The position numbers were made by a program, and so were the translations under genes. The notes below the pieces were generated by a model. The model was not told the origin of the DNA. It saw only the letters and a program-made list of their open reading frames with translations, and did no database searches. 23,252 nt of DNA from Promethearchaeota archaeon (GTDB lineage: Archaea > Asgardarchaeota > Lokiarchaeia > Sigyniarchaeales > SOKP01), in the NCBI GenBank assembly GCA_048938855.1, contig JBHLLT010000019.1:2636-25887 (forward strand), written 5' to 3'. Below, piece after piece: positions 16,986 to 23,252 of the stretch. Numbering within the stretch: the stretch's first letter is position 1; each line of letters begins with the position of its first letter.

Positions 16986-19280
16986 TTAACCATTTAAATC
17001 TAAATCAATTGGTATGAATATTTTGTCATTAATTAAGTTGAATATTATTTTGGTTGTCTCAAGATTAAATTTTTGGTCAGGCATTAGAAAAGTCGAATAG
17101 AAATAATTTAAGTTAGTTTGTTCCATAACTTCTCTTGCTTTCTCTACAACTGAATTTTCTACATCATTAAGTTTCACTCTTTTAGGCATTACAATTCTTA
17201 ATGGAGAGGCAAATGAGGCATTTAAATGCATTTCAATTAAATCAGTTATACCGGCAAATTGAGTAATTTGTCCTCCTTTAAATTGTCGTATTAAAACTCC
17301 ATACTTTTCTTCAATATCTTTTGCTAAATTTGTTATCGCATTTGTGAAATCTTGTGAAGGTTTTTCAGACATGACAATTATTATTCGAAAATCACTTGAT
17401 TCATTCATCAAGATTATTGAGTCTTCATAATCTAGACTAATTGTTTCAGATTTTCTATAAGCACCTGTTAATTCAACCCCAAAGTTACTTATAGCTTCTA
17501 GGAATCCTGAGATTAGGGTGGGATCCATAAATTTTCCCATAAAGAATTTTTCATATACGTTTACCCCCGATTTGATATCTGAAATCATTAAATAATTTAA
17601 ATTAAGGATATCTTTAAATTTATTTGATATACTTTTAAGTTTAAGCTCATTTCTTTTCTTAGTTCTCTTGACTAGTTGATATGTAGCTACACTACCAACA
17701 CTCCCACCCCCTATTACCACACCAAGTATAATAATTAAAATATTTAATCCATCATTAGGAGGAGTTTTCGGTCCAGAATCAGCTTTTATTGTGAATGGTT
17801 GAGATTGAATTCCAGCATCATAGTGATTGTTCCAATAAATATAGGCAGTCCAATTACCAGGAGGGTCACTTGATGAGATATTATAAGTGTAAATTGCTTT
17901 TTCTAAAGTTGCATTTAATGTTTTGGTATCCATTTCTGCTCCGAATCCATTATATAGTTTAATTGTAAATGTTCCTTCTCTAATGGGAGCGGTAACCGAA
18001 AATTTTAACTGCTCACCCAAATCAAACTCAGTCCCTTTAGTAAGGCCAATAAGATGATCAGGAAAACTTATCTTTGGTGATTTCGCAGTTATTTCCCAGT
18101 TAACTCCCTCAGTAATGGTATTATTTAAGATAGTTAAAAAATTTCCATTAATTACAATTTCTTCTGATGTTATAATATCGAACCCATCTTTAAGTATAGC
18201 CAAATCATACCAGTTATTTGGCAGTTTAATTTTGACGGAGTAGTTATAATTATATCTAAAAATATTAGGAAATATTTCCCAAAAGTTATCTTGTTCTTCA
18301 TTTATGGTCACAAAAGCATTAGAGAGAAATTGATTTTTTAATTTAGTATTATAATTTAAATCGAAGACGAATCTATTGGTTTTAATGGGAATAGTTAATA
18401 TTGGATCATTAGGACAAAAATCAATCCCTGATACTTTAAGATAACCTGAACCACTGTAAGTATTATTTAGGATTTTATAAGCTTGTCCATTTATTTCAGC
18501 AGTCATATTATATTTTTCTGGGTAAATATCTCTCTCTGTAATCTCCTGATCTAATTTATATAAAAATGGTGATCCTTGAGTTCCATTTGTCCAACCCAAT
18601 TCATCATATTCTGAAGTATATAAATCTGGATTATTTGGATTAATGTTGTTATAATTCCAATGATAATTTGCTCCTGCTTGGATCATACCTACCATGACTA
18701 AAAAATAATTACCTTTAGGGAGTGCGATAGGTGATGTAAATTTCTGATAATTCCAACCATCAGCTATAGTATGATTTAAGTCTACATTTCCATAAATAAT
18801 ACTATTTGGTGCATTGATAGATGGGTTGTAACCTAATATTTGTATTGATATATTATCCATTGGATGTGGTTGTGAAACATTTATCTTAATATAAGTCCCA
18901 TAAATGATTGTAGATGTGTTGAGTATAATCTGAACTCCAAACCCTTTTAAGCCGTGTTTATATAAGAATAGGTTATTTCCAGTAGATATATCTTCAATAG
19001 TATTTATTGCTCGCATATAATATTCAATGTTTGAAAAATTAAGTTCTATTTGTGTTATTTGCCAAGTTAATGAAGGCAATTCAATATCTATTGAACTTAT
19101 ATTATCTATTGATCCTTTCTTATCAGAGAATTCAGAAATGGAGAAATTTAGAGGAATCCTTAAAGAATTATTATTAGGGTTAGCAAATGAAGATTTCATA
19201 TTACTAAATAAAATTAAATAAAAAATTGCCAAAACCAGAACGGTTACACTGATAAGCTTTTTCTTCTGTGAACTTCGCAA
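16986..19280 (-). CDS. Single-pass membrane protein with a large extracellular beta-rich region and a cytoplasmic longin domain
   Basis: Signal/anchor at aa 9-26; Asn/Thr-rich ectodomain; TM ILIIILGVVIGGGSVGSVATYQLV then KRTKKR; LMISDIKSGVNVYEKFF...DPTLISGFLEAISNFGVEL...FRIIIVM (longin); C-terminal helical domain. TTG start. Confidence 0.87.
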   Translation of the reverse strand: MRSSQKKKLISVTVLVLAIFYLILFSNMKSSFANPNNNSLRIPLNFSISEFSDKKGSIDNISSIDIELPSLTWQITQIELNFSNIEYYMRAINTIEDISTGNNLFLYKHGLKGFGVQIILNTSTIIYGTYIKINVSQPHPMDNISIQILGYNPSINAPNSIIYGNVDLNHTIADGWNYQKFTSPIALPKGNYFLVMVGMIQAGANYHWNYNNINPNNPDLYTSEYDELGWTNGTQGSPFLYKLDQEITERDIYPEKYNMTAEINGQAYKILNNTYSGSGYLKVSGIDFCPNDPILTIPIKTNRFVFDLNYNTKLKNQFLSNAFVTINEEQDNFWEIFPNIFRYNYNYSVKIKLPNNWYDLAILKDGFDIITSEEIVINGNFLTILNNTITEGVNWEITAKSPKISFPDHLIGLTKGTEFDLGEQLKFSVTAPIREGTFTIKLYNGFGAEMDTKTLNATLEKAIYTYNISSSDPPGNWTAYIYWNNHYDAGIQSQPFTIKADSGPKTPPNDGLNILIIILGVVIGGGSVGSVATYQLVKRTKKRNELKLKSISNKFKDILNLNYLMISDIKSGVNVYEKFFMGKFMDPTLISGFLEAISNFGVELTGAYRKSETISLDYEDSIILMNESSDFRIIIVMSEKPSQDFTNAITNLAKDIEEKYGVLIRQFKGGQITQFAGITDLIEMHLNASFASPLRIVMPKRVKLNDVENSVVEKAREVMEQTNLNYFYSTFLMPDQKFNLETTKIIFNLINDKIFIPIDLDLNG

Positions 19281-19590
19281 AAGCCTTCTCCAAAATATGA
19301 TTATAATTTATTGTTATTTAAAGTTTTTTGAAGTAGTTTTTATGTGTTTCACCCGAGAAGATGGAGAAAAACCCTTTAAAAGAGTAAATGAAAAGAATTG
19401 AGTGTTTGATTCATCTGCATTTAGAATTAATTCTATTAACAACAATGTTATACTGAATAGGAATAATAATGACAATAATGTAAAATTTATATATTTGAAT
19501 TTTCCTAAGAAACTAGGAAGAAAAATAATAAAATCTTTCAAAAGACTTGTTTATTATAATTATCTATAAATAGAGACCTTCTGCATTCAA

Positions 19591-20322
19591 ATGGGCTTAT
19601 TAAAACATTGGAGGAAAAGAAGAAGGTTAAGAGATATTACAGGAGAGTTTATTTCTGAATCATTATATCAGACAATTAAAAACTTTAATGAAGATATGCC
19701 TGTTAGCGTTAAAGTCTCTAAAAGAAAACTTCCTAAGCAAGAATCTTCTGGAGATAAATTGATATATCGATTACATTTTGAGAGGATATATGATGCTACA
19801 TATAAAATCGTGTTATTTGGCGAGGCTGGCGCACCAAAGGTAGAATTAGTTCAAAAATTTTTAACTAATTTATTTAAATCAGATGCAAGAATGACAATAG
19901 GAGTAGATTTTGAAGTCAAGAGTCTTGAAGTCGATAATAAAAGGATAAAATTACAAGTTTGGGATTTTGGTGGAGAAGAAAGATTCAAATTCTTACTATC
20001 TACCTATGTTCGAGGGGCTAATGGAGCTCTCTTCTTATATGATGTTAATAATTATAGTTCCATAGCACATATAGATGATTGGCTAATGATAGTTAAAAAA
20101 GAGATTCAAGCTGAAGATCAATTCCCCATACTTGTTGTGGGAATAGTGTCAGAATTAGAAAATCGAGAAGTATCATCAGAAGAAGGAATGAGTATCGCAA
20201 AATCAAAAGGAGTAGACGGTTTTATAGAGTGTAGTCCAAGAACAGGTGAGAATGTAGAAGAAACATTTGAAACTCTAACTCGATTAATGCTTACTCATTC
20301 TGGAATGGGTATAATGCAATAA
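19591..20322 (+). CDS. Rab-like small GTPase paralog with degenerate nucleotide-binding motifs (probable pseudo-GTPase) and basic N-terminal extension
   Basis: MTIGVDF, KLQVWDFGGEERF and TGENVEETF are Rab-like, but G1 is GEAGAPKVE, G4 is GIVSE and G5 is ECSP. Confidence 0.9.
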   Translation: MGLLKHWRKRRRLRDITGEFISESLYQTIKNFNEDMPVSVKVSKRKLPKQESSGDKLIYRLHFERIYDATYKIVLFGEAGAPKVELVQKFLTNLFKSDARMTIGVDFEVKSLEVDNKRIKLQVWDFGGEERFKFLLSTYVRGANGALFLYDVNNYSSIAHIDDWLMIVKKEIQAEDQFPILVVGIVSELENREVSSEEGMSIAKSKGVDGFIECSPRTGENVEETFETLTRLMLTHSGMGIMQ

Positions 20323-20379
20323 TTAGATAAAATCTGAGAATTTAAAACTAAAGAGGCAGAACATCTGAATTATTTAACT

Positions 20380-20682
20380 TTAACCAGTATTTTCCGATAT
20401 ACTTGCTTGATCCATATAGACATCATGAAGGAGATTAAAAAATTTAGAGAAATCAAGAATACGATATTTCTTTGGAGATTTAGAGCCAAATCTCTTTACA
20501 ATTTTATCTTCTTCGAGGGTTTGCAAAGATCTCCAATAAAAATTAATTTTAGAGTAATCTGATGGGTCGATTTTGTTAAATCTTCTTATTTTTTTAACAG
20601 TTATAAGCGAATGGTATTCGAACTTTGTTATATACCCTATAGCGCGTACAGTTTCATCCATGTATTTCTTATGAATATTCAT
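20380..20682 (-). CDS. Hypothetical basic protein, probable winged-helix fold
   Basis: ITVKKIRR...KINFYWRSLQTLEEDKIVKRFGSKSPKKYRI fits helix-recognition helix-wing spacing (inference). Confidence 0.65.
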   Translation of the reverse strand: MNIHKKYMDETVRAIGYITKFEYHSLITVKKIRRFNKIDPSDYSKINFYWRSLQTLEEDKIVKRFGSKSPKKYRILDFSKFFNLLHDVYMDQASISENTG

Positions 20683-21192
20683 TACTCTCCAACCATATAA
20701 ATTATATAGTGATTTTTTAATTTTATCATATTTACCTACAATCCAATTTTGTTATTTGCTTCATGACAATTGTATGTATAATTCAATCATGAAATTACTA
20801 ACGTAATTAAATTAAATAAAAAAGCGTAAATAGCGAAAACTCGATTAAGAAACCGTTATAATATTTATTGTCCAATGAGTTTCTCTTTTTCAAGATTTTT
20901 AGTGAGATTTTATGAGATTGTTATTCCTGAAAACTTAAATTTTATAAATTGGGCAGTATGGAGATAGCATATATTATAAAAATTATAAATTGTTCATTAT
21001 TCTATATTATAGTTAGAAAAAGGAATAATTCATAATGATCTTTTATTTCATAAATTAAAAGACCATTAATCCATTAATATATAATTAGAAATTATTTAAG
21101 ATGATTAGGATACTTAAATATTATGTTGAATCTATTTATGAGACGGTATTTATTTTCAACTTTGTAAAACTTAACAGATATTTTTAGAGATT

Positions 21193-21579
21193 ATGCCTGA
21201 GGAAGATAATATTACATCGAAATTGGAAGTTGTTTTAAAAAAATTATTAGCAAGTAGTCGAGAGATAAAACTTGCGATAATTTCGACAATGGAGGGGCTT
21301 CCAATTTTTTCAATATTGCCCCGAGAATATAATGAAACAAGACTTTCTGCTATGGTTGCAACATTACTCTCTTTATCTGAAAGATCTGTAGTAGATATGG
21401 AAATAGGCATATTTGAGCAGATATTTATTAAAGGATTAGATGGATATTTACTAATTTTTAATTCGGAACAAGCTGTACTGGCTGTTTCAGCAACAGAGAA
21501 AGCAAAACTGGGATTAGTTTTTCTTGAATGCGAGCGGGCATCGCATAATATCTCAACGATTCTAAAAAAGGAGAAATAA
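21193..21579 (+). CDS. Roadblock/LC7 domain protein
   Basis: LAIISTMEGLPIFS...LSAMVATLLSLSER...EQIFIKGLDGYLLI...KLGLVFLE; 128 aa. Confidence 0.93.
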   Translation: MPEEDNITSKLEVVLKKLLASSREIKLAIISTMEGLPIFSILPREYNETRLSAMVATLLSLSERSVVDMEIGIFEQIFIKGLDGYLLIFNSEQAVLAVSATEKAKLGLVFLECERASHNISTILKKEK

Positions 21580-21757
21580 AAAGTCAACTATAGTTGTCTT
21601 AACTTTTTAAACATAAGTCCTGTTTGTTAAATTTTCTCCGATCAAGAGAAATAAATTCAAAAGAAAGTAATCAGATTTATATCACTAAGTTGAAAAATGG
21701 ATTATTTCTACAGATAATTTGTGGATCTAATCAAATATCGAGAGAACATTAATATAT

Positions 21758-22615
21758 ATGGAATTGGCGGATTTGTGTAATTCAATGAAAGGTATAGAAT
21801 TAAAAATTTCAGAAAAGGTGGTAAGATTTAAAATTTTAAGTATAATCGGCAGTGGAAGGAAAAATGGACACACATCTAAAATAATTTCATTATTGAAAGA
21901 AGAAATCGAGAAACTCTCAACAGAAAATAATAAAAATCTCCTCTTTGAAACGATCTTTTTAAGTGATTATCAGATAGACCATTGCAGGGGATGTCGTGCA
22001 TGTATGGATTATGGAAAGGATAAATGTCCCATTGAGGATGATCTCCCTTTGATAAAGGCTAAGATGGATGAATCTGATGCAATTATTTTTGCGACTCCTG
22101 TATATGTGGGGGATATTAGTTCTGCAATGAAAGCTTTGATTGATCGAATGGCATACATGTGTCATCGACAAGAACTATATAAAAAGAGTGCGATAATCAT
22201 TGCTACCACTAATGCAACAAGCCTAAAACGCACTATTCATACTATTGGAGCAGCTACATATAGTTGGGGGCTTAAAACAGTCGCAACAAAAGGTTTTAGA
22301 ACCACTACCTCAAATGATCCAAAAGGAATACTTCAAAAAAGATATCAAAAGGATATTTCAAAACTTTCAAGAAAATTATATTCAGCAGTAGAACAGAAGG
22401 CATATTTAGAACCATCAGCCATGGCACTTGCTTCATTTAAACTTCAACAGAAATATAGGGGTAATCCAGAAGTATCAAGTGAGATTGATTATACCTATTG
22501 GCAGAAAAAAGGCTGGACGGATTCCAAAAAGAAATACTTTGTCGATGTTAAAGTAGGATTGGGGAAAAGAATAGTTTCTAAAATTTTATATAGTATATTT
22601 ACGGTTTTTTTTTAA
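21758..22615 (+). CDS. NADPH-dependent FMN reductase family / iron-sulfur flavoprotein
   Basis: IIGSGRKNGHT FMN loop; CRGCRAC-x7-CP cluster motif; SDAIIFATPVY; MKALIDR. Confidence 0.9.
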   Translation: MELADLCNSMKGIELKISEKVVRFKILSIIGSGRKNGHTSKIISLLKEEIEKLSTENNKNLLFETIFLSDYQIDHCRGCRACMDYGKDKCPIEDDLPLIKAKMDESDAIIFATPVYVGDISSAMKALIDRMAYMCHRQELYKKSAIIIATTNATSLKRTIHTIGAATYSWGLKTVATKGFRTTTSNDPKGILQKRYQKDISKLSRKLYSAVEQKAYLEPSAMALASFKLQQKYRGNPEVSSEIDYTYWQKKGWTDSKKKYFVDVKVGLGKRIVSKILYSIFTVFF

Positions 22616-22942
22616 TTTAAAAAAATTATATAAAAACTTTTATGGTTGATAAAGAAATTTTTTGAAATTTCCTTCAATTCACGGGACAAAAAAGAATAAA
22701 ATCGAAATCTTTTTCAATACTCTAGTTTTCCATTAATTATAGCAAGGAAGACAAAAAATTGGTTAACTATTTGAAAAAGATTTAAATATTAATGTTACTA
22801 TGTATAGAATGCATTATTTTAGTGCAAAAGTTCCTTGCATGCCTATTTTGTAGGAAAGCCTTTTTGGGTGGTTGTGTAATAAAACCATTAGATGTTAAGG
22901 GTTAAGGATTAAGATTATCATAGGAGATTAAATAGGATTAAT

Positions 22943-23252
22943 ATGTACGATGCAATTTTTAAGGTTGTTATTTTCGGAGATGCTGGTTGCGGTAAAACCA
23001 CATTAAGAAAGAGATTTATGACTAATCAGTTTATATCAAGCTCACAGCATACTATTGGAGTTGATTTTGAAACCAAACACATAGAAGTGAATGGAAACAA
23101 GGTCAAACTGCTAATCTGGGATTTTGCAGGTGAAGAGCGATTTAGATTTATGTTTCCTTCATACATATACGGCGCGATGGGGGGGATTCTAATGTATGAT
23201 ATTACAGATTACTCTTCCTTTTCCCATACAGTTGATTGGTTAACAATCATAA
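22943..23252 (+). CDS. Rab-like small GTPase, truncated by the window edge (not in ORF track)
   Basis: MYDAIFKVVIFGDAGCGKTTLRKRFMTNQFISSSQHTIGVDFETKHIEVNGNKVKLLIWDFAGEERFRFMFPSYIYGAMGGILMYDITDYSSF...; intact G1, G2 and DxxG. Confidence 0.93.
   Translation, partial: MYDAIFKVVIFGDAGCGKTTLRKRFMTNQFISSSQHTIGVDFETKHIEVNGNKVKLLIWDFAGEERFRFMFPSYIYGAMGGILMYDITDYSSFSHTVDWLTII

Noticed and set aside
19027-19221. Plus-strand 64-aa ORF
   Set aside because: Antisense to the receptor-longin gene.
19314-19541. Minus-strand 75-aa ORF with TTG start
   Set aside because: Fills the divergent promoter region; Phe/Leu richness is explained by AT content; no clear SD or motif. A real small membrane protein cannot be fully excluded.
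21171-21587. Minus-strand 138-aa ORF
   Set aside because: Antisense shadow of the Roadblock gene.
21959-22171. Minus-strand 70-aa ORF
   Set aside because: Antisense to the iron-sulfur flavoprotein.
1-23252. tRNA, rRNA, integrase or transposase genes
   Set aside because: No GC-rich cloverleaf or rRNA-like segments and no recombinase or transposase motifs were seen by eye; tRNAscan-SE or Infernal would be decisive.

Overview
AT-rich archaeal window with TTTA(A/T)ATA TATA boxes, GGTGA-type Shine-Dalgarno sites and oligo-T terminators. The gene content points to an Asgard archaeon, probably Lokiarchaeia (inference). It is dense in eukaryotic-signature signalling modules: four Roadblock/LC7 domains, two longin domains and three Rab-like small GTPase genes. 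One GTPase is fused to a Roadblock domain and one has a destroyed P-loop. Also present are three large membrane-anchored surface proteins, a flavodoxin, a FixC/FixX-like pair, an iron-sulfur flavoprotein and a frameshifted 2-oxoacid dehydrogenase E1-beta remnant. The most striking element is missed by the ORF track. A winged-helix-Roadblock fusion gene (3655..4479, -) faces a small ORF plus a stand-alone Roadblock gene (4711..5280, +). Both Roadblock genes appear to start at ATC. They share a mirror-image promoter with an identical 18-bp element exactly 6 nt downstream of each TATA box, suggesting an autoregulated Roadblock-based transcription switch. A second candidate system is a single-pass receptor with a cytoplasmic longin domain, followed by a free longin and a Roadblock-Rab fusion, and facing a pseudo-GTPase. 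No RNA genes, CRISPR arrays or mobile elements were recognised.
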